DNA from: Ruditapes philippinarum
Lineage: Eukaryota
Direction: 5' to 3'
Assembly: GCF_026571515.1 (NCBI RefSeq)
Contig: NW_026855673.1
Location: forward strand, 1-64,000
Length of the DNA stretch: 64,000 bases
Shown: positions 40,301-53,594 of the stretch, piece by piece
Position numbering within the stretch: the stretch's first letter is position 1
Layout of the letters: the number at the start of each line of letters is the position of its first letter
Notes under the pieces: model-generated
What the model saw: only the letters and a program-made list of their open reading frames with translations
What the model was told of the DNA's origin: nothing
Database searches by the model: none
Program-made: the position numbers and the translations under genes

Positions 40301-40772
40301 TCTCAACCCAGAGATCATGGGTTGGAGCCCTACTCAAGTAGAAACCATACTCAACACCAGTACGGAGGGGACTCAAAAGTGATAAATATTGCAAGAACTT
40401 GTTTCATAAATGAGCTTCAATAAATATGTTTAAACCTAAACTTAATACATAATTATGCTAAAAGTATTAAAGACGGTAAAACAATAATAACTTTTACTTT
40501 ACTTAAAATATGTATATGGAACAAACAGCTAAATATACAAACCACAAATTTATCTCATCAAACATCTATATATAGAAATGGGTAGAGCAAATCAAAAGAA
40601 AACTTACCTGATGTGTATTCCCACCAAAGAATTCCGGTTTTGGACCAGGAAAATCTTTAAATGCTGCCTGCAATCTCCGTCTCTTTAAAAACACCTCAAA
40701 AACCTTCTTTAACACGAAGTACAGTAACACCAGTGGTATATAGTTCCATAATGGTGATGCCACAAAACTCAT
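29738..40772 (-). CDS. CYP4: Cytochrome P450 family 4 (CYP4F/4B-like), 493 aa
   Basis: Twelve phase-consistent exons: 40608-40772, 38871-39015, 38011-38055, 36302-36429, 35476-35591, 34635-34748, 33964-34099, 32826-33016, 31976-32109, 31382-31446, 30555-30631, 29738-29903 (1482 nt). Motifs [55 protein letters not shown]. Confidence 0.95.
32490..32680 (+). repeat. tRNA-like SINE head with its B-box segment tandemly triplicated (about 58-bp units)
   Basis: ttaaccatgaga...gttcaagccc..gatg.ggt.gc.accataatgttcac occurs three times after ggtggcttagtgaataagg. Confidence 0.55.
36441..36880 (+). repeat. Interspersed repeat of the same family as 12520-12800
   Basis: Internal inverted repeat tttgtttagttcagtgtaagatc / gatcttacactaaactaaacaaa flanking gagtggcgcagccacgagtgaaata. 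Confidence 0.55.
40259..40435 (+). mobile_element. tRNA-derived SINE fragment
   Basis: A-box tggcctagtggttaagg and a degenerate B-box ggttggagccc; no intact cloverleaf. Confidence 0.5.
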
Positions 40773-42537
40773 AGTTCACTGTATTCTTATAATTTTATTA
40801 TGTTAACACTTTCTATAATGTAATACTTAATCTTCTGTTATTAAAGTGTTCATAAATTACACAAAAATTACAATTCCTTGTTATCTCAAGTTAAACTTTA
40901 AATGGTCAGCCATACAAACTGGACACAAATATTGCTAGATAATTTTGATCCGCTGAAGTCTGATAAAAGTAAACAGTATCAGTCATGGACATTTGTAAAG
41001 ACAACTCTACGGTTTGTTATAAACATGAAAGCAAGCAATGTTGAACACCATAGAGATAATTTTCTGATAAACGGGTCATTATTATCATTATTTGTCTATC
41101 TATTATCAGAGAAGTGGTCAATAAAAGGTATTGTACGATATGGTTAATGTCATACATGTTTATTTTAATTCATGGTCAGCTCGCAATCTGATCATGACCC
41201 AAAATCATGTTACAGCAATAAATATGGTGATATACTACATTATTGACTTAAAAATATTACTAAAGTTCAAAATTAGGAATTTTATAAAAAAATAGATATT
41301 ATGTAGCAATTGTAATACACTGCAGCTCAAGGTCATAATTAGGATTATCTTACAACATCATTTACTGATTGGCACACCTCCACTAAATCATGTAAATTTC
41401 TAGGTAACCCCTTAATATTGCATTCAGAATTATTCCCCTTGTCTTACAACTAGAGTAAACATTATACAGCTTATAACGATGCTGCCGTCAAGACTCTTGT
41501 TTTCAAATTGGTTGCCTCTCAGATATAACAATGTACCTGGATATAAAGACATAAATTCTGCAGTCCTCTGAATATCGTTTTAAGTGGAGTTTACTGTACA
41601 TCTATAAATATCGTAATTATTAAATAATCTTATTTTTGTGTTGATACCTTTAAAATTGGTTGAAAAAAGGGCTACATTTAAGATTTTGCAATCATAATAG
41701 CTCCACTTTTTCTTTGAAACAGACAAGCTTATAACATTTGCAGCTATGAAAGGAAAACACAATATTATTCTTAAAGCAAATTGCCTTCAGATTAATACGA
41801 CTTTTATGAAAATTTTGAAAATGTATTAAAAAGTAAACTATTTTGAAGTGAACAAAGGAAGTATTTACACATTGCAAATATAACTTTCAATTCAGGAAAA
41901 CTACCAAATAAATGCCAAAATGAAGCCCTTCCTGCAATAGTCATGTAGTACAAATATGGTGAGAAATAATGCAATATCAGTCAATAGTGATATGTAACAT
42001 ATGAAGTATTACTTAAATTATAAATATTTATACTTTTCTTAAAATCCTAGTACATTTTTTTTTAGGTTGATTTTCTTAAATTGTTTTGGCTCATCTAGAG
42101 GCATGCAGCTTTAACATCAAACATGTATTGAAAATAAAAATTGAAGAAGTTTCCAAATACTAGGCCTTTTTTGCATACATTTTGCATATATTTTCTTGTG
42201 TACTTTATGGCCACAGTGTCACATCTCAATAGCTTATTCTGTCAATGTACTGTCATGATTGTGTAACTTAGAAAAAAAGTAACAAAATAATAGTTTAAAG
42301 GTCATCACTTGTATGCTTTTAACAAAATTTACTGTAAGGGAGGTAATTTGTATCTCGTGAAAATTTAAACAGGTAAGAGCTATTATTCTTTTACACAAAA
42401 TATGTTAGAAATATAGTAAACTCCACTAATATCGCTTTTAAAGATAAGTCGCGTAAAGCAATGCAATTGCTAGGGTCCCGGCTCCTGTTTATGTTTTTTT
42501 TAATTTGCTGCTGCTTCTCAGATATAACAATATCAGG

Positions 42538-43438
42538 AAACAAGAGGGCCATGATGGCCCTGAAATCGCTCACCTGTATATAGGCCCCTGGGCCAAGGCC
42601 AATTTTAAACCAGAGGCTTTTATTTGAACAAACTTGGTAGACACCCATTAGAAGATGTTTAAAGATAAATATCTAAGCTCCAGCTCTTTGGGATTTTTAT
42701 TAGAAGTTTTTTTTAAGTTTTTACTATATACATACAGGGAAAAACAATGACCCCCCCCCCCCCCAGAGGGGCCAATTTTGACCACAGGGCTTTTATTTGA
42801 ACAAACTTAGTAGACACTGACTAGAATATATTTTATGCTTAGTATCTAAACTCTAGCTCATTGGGTATTTTATAAGAAGAGTTATTAATAAGTTTTTAAT
42901 ATACACATATAAGGAAAATCAATGACCCCTGGGGTGGGGCCAATTTTTACCCAATGGCCCTTATTTGAACAAAATTGGTATACACCCATTAGAAGATGAT
43001 TCATGCTAAATATCTAAGCTGTAGCTATTTTGATTTTTTAAAAGAGGATTTTTTAAGTTTTTACTATATACAAATAAGAAAAATCAATGACCACCCAGAG
43101 AGGGGCCAATTTTGACCCCAGGACATTTATTTGAACAAACTTGGTAGACAATGACTAGATAATGTTTCATGCCAACTATTTAAGCTCTAGCTCTTTCAAT
43201 TTTCTAAAAGAAGATATTTTAAGTTTTTTCTTTTGGTTGCCATGGCAACCAGAGTTCAGCTTGGAATTAAATTCTTTGAACAATTTTTAAAGTTGACTTC
43301 TAAAGGAACATTCCTGTGAAGTTTGGATGAAATTGGCTTAGGGGTTTATGAGATGTCATTTAAAGTAAAAGTTTTTGGACGGATGGACGACGCACAAAAG
43401 GCGATCACAAAAGCTCACCATGTCACTTTGTGACAGGT
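42538..43438 (+). mobile_element. Helentron/HINE-like element with the same 5' end as 25932 but a different internal repeat of about 170 bp
   Basis: Starts aacaagagggccatgatggccctgaaatcgctcacctg. tttatttgaacaaa(c)ttggtagaca at about 42618, 42791, 42960 and 43125. ggacggatggacgacg, then terminal hairpin tgtcac ttt gtgaca. Confidence 0.8.
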
Positions 43439-44531
43439 ACCCATGTAGCTATTTTTTCAGTCAGATGTCCAGACAGACATAGAAAAATGGATGGTGAGTG
43501 ATTACAATATCTCACCATGAGTCTGTTGTATGCACAGGTAAGCTAAATCCAAGGAAAATTCTATCATCTGTCCTAAATAGACTTAGATTTTTAAAATGCT
43601 ATACAAGTCTTTTTGCCATTTCCTCAAAAGATACTCCTCAAGATTGAAAAAAAATTAACAAAAATGTTCATAACATACATTTTTTTCCATTTTAAAAACA
43701 AATCCAGTGAACAAATACACGGTAAAAAGAATATAAATCATTTCCAAGTCTTAATTTTTTATACAATAAACATTGATGAGAATGAGCACAGCTAAAAAAT
43801 TAATAAAGGGTAAATTCTTCATTATTATGAAAAAGAAAAATCTCCAAATATTTCAAGCATTTATTGCTAAAATACGTTGGTTTTTTTTTTACATAAAAAC
43901 ATTCTTATTTATCATTCAAAGCAAGTTCAGTCATAATGCTACAAAACATTTGTGAAATAGACCACTTATCACAACATAAGAATAACACTTCATACTAGTA
44001 GTCTTATTAGTCTTAACAAACAAACCAAAATATTTTGTCACCCACACATGGAACTTTTGAATCTGTCTCTTCATCCAAATGTATTGAAATGACAACCTGT
44101 ACAGATAATATAGATTGCATAGAAACTAGTTTGTGCCAGTTTTTGTATACTTCAGATTGGAAAAAAGAAAAAGTTGTCTATGTGTATGAAAAATAACCCC
44201 AAAACAACATTTTTATATCAAGGTAACATTCTGCAATAAATTTTGAGCACTATCAGTTGTAATATTGATGTGCACCAATCAAACTCCTGTTCTCAAATCA
44301 AGCAAGTTACACCTATTTCATACCAAGTTCCTCCATGTCTACTCTCCGTTTCTTACTCTTGATTTTATTTCTCAAAGAACACAATACCTTTCCTCTTAAT
44401 CTATTAAAAACACTTATTTTCAAATATATTTGTTGCACACATATATATATATATATGATTTGTTTATTCTTTTTTAAGTAAATGTAGCTGTGTTAATTAT
44501 CGTTTTTTTAAACTTAAATTAAATGTGTCTT

Positions 44532-47500
44532 TCAAAATCCTTTACTCAACAAAAACTTCGATACAGTCTCGTGACAATTTCCTCGGAATTGAACAAACTG
44601 TCCAATCTCGTGAACCCGGATCTCACATCTAAGGCCCTGATCTTTAAAATACTTCATAGCATCCTCTTTAAATGCCTGAAACAGAACAAATACTATCTGA
44701 AATAATTTTGTAAAAGTTTGTAACACATTAATTTAATTCAAAGACTTAGCTAAATACCGGAGACATTTTTAAATATTTTATACATATGAGATTATTAATA
44801 CATGTATACATATGCCATGGAAATTTTCAACCTCACCAGTTGTCAAATAAGTTTATGTCACATGATAACACAAGTAAATATTGCAATTGTAACACTGAAA
44901 TCTATCTTTTAATTTAGCTGGGACTGGTACCAATATAAAAAGCTAAAATATTTTTACCATTATTAACTTAAAATATATAAAATATGCTGTTTCCTGTAAA
45001 ATTAAAATATGAAGTCAAATTTTTAAATGTAAACAGGTATGCTCTTTCAGTATTTAACTGCACAAATTTCAGCGACCACTAGAATGTTTTTAGTATGTAT
45101 CAAATGATTGAGCAAATTTACCAGCTATCATTGAATATTTCTTCTTTATGCTAGGTTTTAAATCACTGTTAAAAGTTTTATGGTGAAAAAATCAAATTTT
45201 ATTAGACTATTAGTAAAGACAACCTTAGGTGCCCTCTGTAAATTATTATAGGTATCGGTGGACATCCAAAGTAGAACCATCGACCCTTTTTAAGGTTAGC
45301 TGGGTAGCTTTCTCACATGAACACATTCAAGGTTTGAACCCACAGCAGTGAGTGGCAAGCAGTTAAAAGTCACTGACTTTAACCACCCGACCACAGAGGC
45401 TTCACTGTAGCTTCTTTTGCCATGTCATAAAACAGGAAATAAATATCACTAAAAAGTGCTTTATACTGGCTACTGTGAATTTTCACTACTTATCACACGG
45501 TTTCACAGTTTATCAAGACTCTTTAAATTCACAGAGAGTTTGGCAGTTTGATTGCCCTTTAACTATTATTCAACCCTTACCCTATTTGAACCAAAAGTGA
45601 TTCACCTTTACCAACAGTATAGAGTTATGTAAGCCTGCAAATCAGTGCAGCATTACTACGCTCTATACTATTTTCTGAATGATTGCAATTTTTTACCTTG
45701 ACATCCCTAAAAGTTATAATGAACAGTTCCCATAATGGAAGCTGGATTCATTCATTTAAAGGCACATTATGCTTCATAAACATATAAATTTTTACATCTT
45801 TACATAAAAGTAGCAAAATGTAAACAAATAAGTATTTTAACTTCCATACAAAGTATCCCCCTATAACTGTACTTATTGCCAAAAGGCAACAGAAAATATT
45901 GTTCAGGTAATTGAGCAACTTTTTGTATTCTACATGTATAAAAGTACACCAAAATTAGAATGCCTTTTAAAAATAAAAACATTAAAGTATTTCTAAGGTA
46001 TAATGGGCTTTTAAGAAATTTGGCAGGTTTAGGGTTCATTACAACATTGACACAGAATTTCATACTGAATGTAAAAATGTACTTACCCATATATCCCCAT
46101 AAATAGATTTAACTTTGATAGTTTCTCGGCCACTAAAATGTTTCCTATAGTAACAGGGTAACATATGATTTCTAGTCCGTCTCACTTTATACTCTGACGG
46201 CTGTATATTCACTGAAAATCAAAGTAAACTTCTTATTAAGTTATTAATATTATATTGAAACAATTATATTGTACCATTAAACAAATTGACAAAATAAGAA
46301 CTTTGAAAATTTAAATAATTTCAAGAACCCCAGCCATTAAAGCAGCATGCCTCCAGATTCATGCTAATTGTCATGAATATTTTGAAAATGAGCAAAATAT
46401 TGTAAGGTGAATGAAGGAAGTAATTTGCTCATTTCAAGAGGCACTTACAATCCTTGTAAATCATCAAAAAAAAAGTGGTCAGATTATGCAAAAATATCCC
46501 CTACTGCATTAGTCACACAGTAGAAATATGGTGATAGATACTGAAAAATCAATCATCAATCGCACATAACGTGTAAATTATTACTTGCATCTTGAATCTT
46601 TTTACATTTTTGTCAAGTTCAATTTTCTTAAAATATTTTGGCTCATCCAGAGGCATGCAGCTTTATGCTAGACCAGAAAAGTAATAAGTCTTCGCCACCA
46701 GTATAGAGCCTGCTAGAGTCTATACTATACTGTTAGCTAATTTCATCTTCCTAACCCCTAAATTGAAAATGGACTCGTCCAAAAATCAAAGCTTGAAAAA
46801 TCCATTAAAAAAAATTCATTTTGTTAAGTTTGCTTGCTTAATTATGTTTTATGTCACACAGACACAGTATAGGTCATTTGGTGACGTCCCAGCTTTACTG
46901 GTGAAGGAAGACCTCTCATTCCCTTAATCAACTTAGGCTTACTATTTGGTGGTACCCATCCTGAAGGTGTGGGGTATACTTCATGTTCTGGAGGGGGTGG
47001 AACTGTTGTAGGTGGAATCAGTCGTTTAACAAATTTGAAATCATCGTATGAAATCTCGACATCGGGATACTCGGCATGCTCTGATACCTTCGACTCTTCC
47101 TCCGGCAAGTATGACGCAACTTTATCAATAATTTCCCTGTCGTTGATACATCTCTGAAAAATACATGTACAAAAAATTTCAGCTATAAATCCGTACTATT
47201 GAATTTTCATGGTGTTTGGCTTCATGTGTATTTATTATTATTAATATTGTTGTAAACAGGTATGTTAGTTTGCCTACTTGTACAATTGCACTTTATCTCG
47301 CTGTTGTTGTTGTTGTACAATCATATCATCATGACCAGTTTGGTTCTTGCTTGATTATTCATTATTTCAATTTAATTGATTTATTTCAATATGGCATTTG
47401 TGTATACATATAAATGTTGTGTATATTGTTTTGTAAACTGTTTATATAAAAATTATTGTAATTATGTTGTGTACATCAGCTGAGGCCAACATGGAAGATC

Positions 47501-50500
47501 GAGAAACCAAATGTGTAAGCCTTGTTAAACAAGATATGTTTGTAAAACATGTATGCCCCCTATCAGCAGCCAGTTAGTCATGTGATAAGGTTATTATGCA
47601 TGACTTCTGACCCAGTGATCAAAAAATTAATAAGGGTTATCAAGTATCTACTGGTCATGACCTTAACCTTTGACCCCTTGACCCAAAACTCAATAGGGGT
47701 CATCTGCTGGTCACGACCAATCATCATACAAAGTTTGAAGTTCCTAGGCCTATGCGTTTTAAGTTAATTGATCGGAAACCGTTTTAACATACAAGGTCAA
47801 TGTGACCTTGACCCCTTGACCCTAAAATCAATAGGTCATCTGCTGGTCATGACCAATCACCATACCATGTTTGAAGTTCCTAGGCCAAAGGGTTCTTAAG
47901 TTATTGATTTGAAAGCATTTTTACCTACAAGGTCAATGTGACCTTGCCCTTTGACCCCTTAACCCCAATATCAATAGGGGTCATCTACTGGTCATGACCA
48001 ATCACCATACCCAGTTTGAAGTTCCTAGGCCTTCACCATACCCAGTTTGAAGTTCCTAGGCTTTAAAGTTCTTTAGTTATTGATCGGAAACCGTTATTGC
48101 TTACAAGGTCAATGTGACCTTGACCTTTGACCCCTTGACCCCAAAATCAATAGGGATCATCTACTGATCATGACCAATCACCATACCAAGTTTGAAGTTC
48201 CTAGGCCTTAAGGTTCTTTAGTTATTGATCGGAAACCGTTTTTGCTTACAAGGTCAATGTGACCTTGACCTCTGACCCCTTGACCCCAAAATCAATAGGG
48301 ATCATCTACTGATCATGACCAATCACCATACCAAGTTTGAAGTTCCTAGGCCTAAGGGTTCTTTCGTTATTGATCGGAAATCGTTTTTACCTACAAGGTC
48401 AATGTGACCTTGACCTTTGACCCCTTAACCCCAAAATCAATAGGGGTCATCTGCTGGTCATGACCAATCACCATACCAAGTTTGAAGTTCCTAGGCCTAA
48501 GGGTTCTTTTGTTATTGATCAGAAACCGTTTTTACCCAAGAGGTCAATGTGACCTTGACCTTTGACCCCTTGACCCCAAAATCAATAGGGGTCATCTACT
48601 GATCATGACCAATCACCATACCAAGTTTGAAGTTCCTAGGCCTTAAAGTTCTTTAGTTATTGATCGGAAACCGTTATTGCTTACAAGGTCAATGTGACCT
48701 TGACCTTTGACCCCTTGACCCCAAAATCAATAGGGGTCATCTACTGATCATGACCAATCACCATACCAAGTTTGAAGTTCCTAGGCCTTAAAGTTCTTTA
48801 GTTATTGATCGGAAACCGTTTTTGCTTACAAGGTCAATGTGACCTTGACCTTTGACCCCTTGACCCCAAAATCAATAGGGGTCATCTACTGATCATGACC
48901 AATCACCATACCAAGTTTGAAGTTCCTAGGCCTTAAGGTTCTTTAGTTATTGATCGGAAACCGTTTTTGCTTACAAGGTCAATGTGACCTTGACCTTTGA
49001 CCCCTTGACCCCAAAATCAATAGGGGTCATCTACTGATCATGACCAATCACCATACCAAGTTTGAAGTTCCTAGGCCTTAAGGTTCTTTAGTTATTGATC
49101 GGAAACCGTTTTTGCTTACAAGGTCAATGTGACCTTGACCTTTGACCCCTTGACCCCAAAATCAATAGGGGTCATCTACTGGTCATGACCAATCACCATA
49201 CCAAGTTTGAAGTTCCTAGGCCTAAGGGTTCTTTAGTTATCACTCGGAAACCATTTGGTCTACGGACCGACGGACCGACGGACCAACGGACCGACGGACC
49301 GACAAGTGCAAAGCAATATACCCCCTTTTCTTCGAAATGGGGACATAACAAGCAATTATCATAGTATTGCAAGCAATTCATAAGTCCTCTACCGGTTAGA
49401 ACCCCATCCACATTCTGATGGGCCATTGGCCATTCAATTTTACCAGTGAATGAATGATATAAATGAACTGAATGTTGAGTGATAATAAGAAACATATATA
49501 TGAAGTTTGAAGTAGAAACACTAAGAAATAAAGAAGTTATTTAAAAAAGACAACATTTTTTTCATAAAAATTCTAAGTTCAAGGGAGGTAATTCTGATAA
49601 TTTTTGTGCTAGAGTTGTAAACCTTGTCACATATGATGTGGATGATGACCAGAAACTTATATTTAAAGTTTGAAGTAAACACCTTAAAAATTAAAGAACT
49701 TATAGTGAACTAGAAATGTGTCCATAGGACCGGTAGGGGACTAATAAAGGCCTTACTTACTTACATGTACTTAATATTCACTCCTAAATTAGGCAAAAGG
49801 TTCCCTTCATATAATTTGTAATGTCTGAGCTGCCAGTCAGATAGCATACATAACTATTCTCAGTGCTAAACTATTCTCATAAAACAAATTAACAACAATT
49901 ACAATTTTTTAAAGAAAACTTTTATATCTTCTTCTGCTCTGTTGTAATTAATTACAATCAATTTAATGAAACTTTAAGTTAATTTAGATGGAATGGCGCA
50001 AGCATTATACAAAAATGTTTTTATGAATTAGGTGTTATATTGGAAAATAAATCCTTTAAATTTTCTGGGTGTTGTTCATTTATAATGATTCCTTTAATTA
50101 TATTTCATGTGTTTTCTTTTTTTGTTTTTTTTTATTAAGTACATCTTAGACTTATTAAATCTAATCCTTTGACTTAATTGTTCTTCAGCTGTTTAGAAAA
50201 CAGAGAAAGTCCCAAACAGAGATAGTCCCTCCCACTGTTTAAAAACAGAGATAGTCCCTCCCACTTTTTTAGAAACAGAGATAGTTCCTCCCACTGTTTA
50301 AAAAACAAAGATAGTCCCTCCCACTATTTAGAAACAGATCACCTTATATTTGCACTCCTGCTGTTTTGTAATATACATCACACTTTCCAATATACAGCTT
50401 ATTACCAGCCACCTCCTGGTGTGCCTTCAGTCCAACTAACTTACATGTATATGTATCAATTAGGATCCGAGTGTAGGACAAAAGCCCTCCCGGACAAAAG

Positions 50501-52867
50501 CCCTCCCGTCCAAAATTGACAAGGCGGACAAAAGCCCTCCCGTGAAAATGACAGGGCGGACAAAAGCCCTCCCGTAAAAATGACAGGGCGGACAAAAGCC
50601 CTCCCGTAAAAATGACTGGGCGGACAGAAGCCCTCCTGTGAAAATAACAATATTTTTGTTTTTCATTGTTTTCCATTGGCATAAAAGTGTTTGTATGAGC
50701 TTGAGTACATTCCTGACTGACATCTGAATAATAAGTACTAAAATCTGTAAGTGCATATTTATTCACGTAAAAATGAAGGATTACTCACATGTGAAATTAT
50801 GATTAATAGAATAATAAATGATGAAAAAATGTTAAAATTAACTAAAATTGAAAGTCCAAGTGCCTTGTAATGAGTCAATTACTTTAGAAAGTGATTTTGT
50901 TTTAAACGACATTCGTGTGAAAATATTACCTCGCTAAACATTTCTGAAAGGTATATTCTGAATGAAAGCTGGTTCTAGCTCATAAAATACTTAGACCAAT
51001 AGAAAACAACAAAACACAGGTATGTAACATACATATATATTTTGTTACGGGAGGGCCTTTGTCCGCATTGTTTATTTCACGGGAGGGCTTTTGTCCGCCC
51101 TGTCATTTTCACGGGAGGACTTTTGTCCGCCCTGTCAATTTCACGGGAGGGCTTTTGTCCGCCTTGTCATTTTCACGGGAGGGCTTTTGTCCGCTTTGTC
51201 ATTTTTGGACGGGAGGGCTTTTGTCCGTTTCCCATTAGGATCCATATCCCACTCTTATATGAGGGGGTGGGATAGATGGTAAGATTACTAAAAAAGGGCT
51301 TAACAACTTACTGATTTTTAATTAAAATTATACTTTCAACATTTACACCTCTCCCCTTCTAAAGTAACTATATATCCTGTGTAAGATTTTTGCTAATTTC
51401 CTTTTTTTTTGAAGGGGAACATTAACAGTTTTTCATCACAATTTTTTTTCACCACAATAATGCCTACTATGGTAAAATTGTTTGTATTTATCTGACAGCA
51501 TTTTACACATAGATAATGCATGTTTTTAATTCATATCTCATAAGACTGAGACAATACGATTTTATTATATTTGCTGAAAGGTATACATGTTGAATTAACA
51601 AATAGATTCTGAAAAAACAAACTTGATTTATCATTAAAATGGTTTTACTAAAATCAACATTAGGATAAAACCATGGATGAAATACCAAGTTTTATATATA
51701 TTAGCGAAGATAATTTATCAATCTATGTATATGTCAAAAATAACAAGAGCAATGCATGCAGTGTTGACTGCTTGACTGTTAAAAATTCTAAGTTAAAATG
51801 GGGCATAACTCCAAAATATTGCTTTCAGATTGATGCCCCTTGACTAACAGCAGCACATTGTCAGTGTTTAATATACCCAGTAATTGTCACAAAATTCAAT
51901 CTAAAAATTTTATTTATGAACCAATCATTATAATCATCCTGTCTTGATATGATTTCTCTGCAACTATACTTGATATTGTTTAGTCATAAGAGTATTTGCT
52001 GGGATTGAAAAGTATACAATTTTTATGGAATTAAAGGCGTTCTAAGCTACACACACATTTATTTAGAAGACTTTCTGTAATTATACAGGGAAGTCAAAAT
52101 CCGGTATCACAAAGCGGGTCCAGGTTTTGGCTAGCCAGTTATAGATTAAACATGTATATTTAAAATGAAATCAAATAAAAACATTTAAAAATATATTCTC
52201 TACCTATCAGTGAAATTTTCAGTGTCATTTCTAGTTGGGAACCCCCATTTTAAATGTAATTCAATGATAATCAATACAGGAACAAGCACAACTTTTCTGC
52301 TTAAGAATAATCATTGAGGTGTTCCATTTGAAAATGTCAAAGTGGTGCATGAAATAGGGAATGGCCCCTTTAAAACAAAAAATGTAAAAAAATAAAATAA
52401 GAAATTTTCTTATCTGACTATCCTGTTCATAGGCTTTGCCTACTTTCATATTAGATCTGATAAAGCACAACTGATAAATTTTTCACACACAAATGAACAT
52501 GTACTTACATCATAAATCACTAATTCATCACCATAGTTACCCACAAGCCACCAGGTAGCCTGGCTTAAGTGTTTTAAAAGAATTCATGTCCTAATCGAGA
52601 TCTAAAAAAATAAGTTTTTACAAGAGTGGGCGAATAGATTTTGGTGCGAAAATGAAATTTGCTTGCCAACTATCAATGTCAAACATTTAAAAGCTCAATA
52701 ATCAATAACTTAATGTACTAATTGCACCAGACCGAATTTGCCTCTTTCAAAATACTTTCATGTTATCTTTCAATCCATACCTTTTGTGCTATAACAGCTG
52801 AATGTCTTTCAATTTGAATTAATTTTCTTCCAAACCTGTTTAAATTGCGAACCATGGAGGCTGCCAT
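44532..52867 (-). CDS. MRPL49: Mitochondrial ribosomal protein L49 (mL49)
   Basis: Secure exons: 46943-47153 (YPTPSGWVPP), 46087-46211 (YKVRRTRNHMLPCY...IYGDIW) and 44532-44675 (...FLLSKGF*). Probable first exon 52836-52867 (MAASMVRNLNR). One intervening N-terminal exon is unresolved. Confidence 0.85.
47527..49350 (+). mobile_element. Helentron/HINE-like element with a homogeneous 145-bp satellite array (about 11 units) in an MRPL49 intron
   Basis: Starts aaacaagat. Unit aaggtcaatgtgaccttgacctttgacccc...cttac; 48250 to 48830 equals 4x145. Ends in a (ggaccgac)n tract and terminal hairpin cccc..ttcgaa..gggg. Confidence 0.88.
50207..50338. repeat. About 29-bp minisatellite (ccactgtttaaaaacagagatagtccctc)
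   Basis: About 4-5 visible units. Confidence 0.75.
50469..51233. mobile_element. Non-autonomous Mutator-like element with inverted arrays of subterminal repeats
   Basis: Perfect 10-bp direct repeat attaggatcc at 50459-50468 and 51234-51243. Left ggacaaaagccctcccg units are mirrored by right cgggagggcttttgtcc units. Confidence 0.8.
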
Positions 52868-52934
52868 ATTGAATTCTGAAGGCATATAGTTTGCGACGCA
52901 CAATAGAAAATATGCGGATTTATCGTATATTTAA

Positions 52935-53594
52935 AATCAAAGCACAGAAGGCGCTGAATTTGTTTGGGTCTCAGAATGTCAGAAAGGTGAAGGTTGTGAG
53001 ATTATAAACCAATTTGTTTTTGTATAGTGCCACCAATGCTTTCCAGCGTTTTAATTGTAGTAAATTGGCTATAAGACTAATTGCAACACTGATATTCAAT
53101 TCAATGTTTATTTGACTTAAACAATTTGAAAAAAAAATGAGTTGCCATAACTGGGATTTGAACTCCAGACCCCTCGCTTCCTTAGCGAGCGCGCAAACCT
53201 CTCGGGCACGGTGAAGTAATATGATAACGGCCTGAAGAAAACCATATTATTCTAAATTAGGGTTTGTAACCCTTATTATTTCGACGCTAACTGTTGTTTA
53301 ACACAGATGTAAATAATCATGGAGCTTACTATAAGCATGCATATCTATAAAGAATAAAACAATATTAGAAATCTTCGACCATTCGGGAACTATTTTTCTT
53401 GAAAATTAATGCGCCTGTCATTTGACCATCTTTACGCAGTGATTTCCCCTGAATTTTTCGGCGTTAGTGTACATATAAAGGGAAGTAACCGCTTCAAAAA
53501 AGCGAATTACTTTCGGCATTTGCAATTAACAGCATCAGGGTCTGAAATTTCGCTACCATTATGTGTTTGGTCTGACGACCCAAACAAATAAAAA
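52935..53594 (+). mobile_element. Helentron-like element, copy 2 (inverted relative to 6547-7196)
   Basis: Near-identical reverse complement of copy 1 with the same boundaries. Confidence 0.8.

Noticed and set aside
50344-51282. Repetitive ORFs (GRAFVRPVIFTGGLLS..)
   Set aside because: Translations of transposon subterminal repeats.
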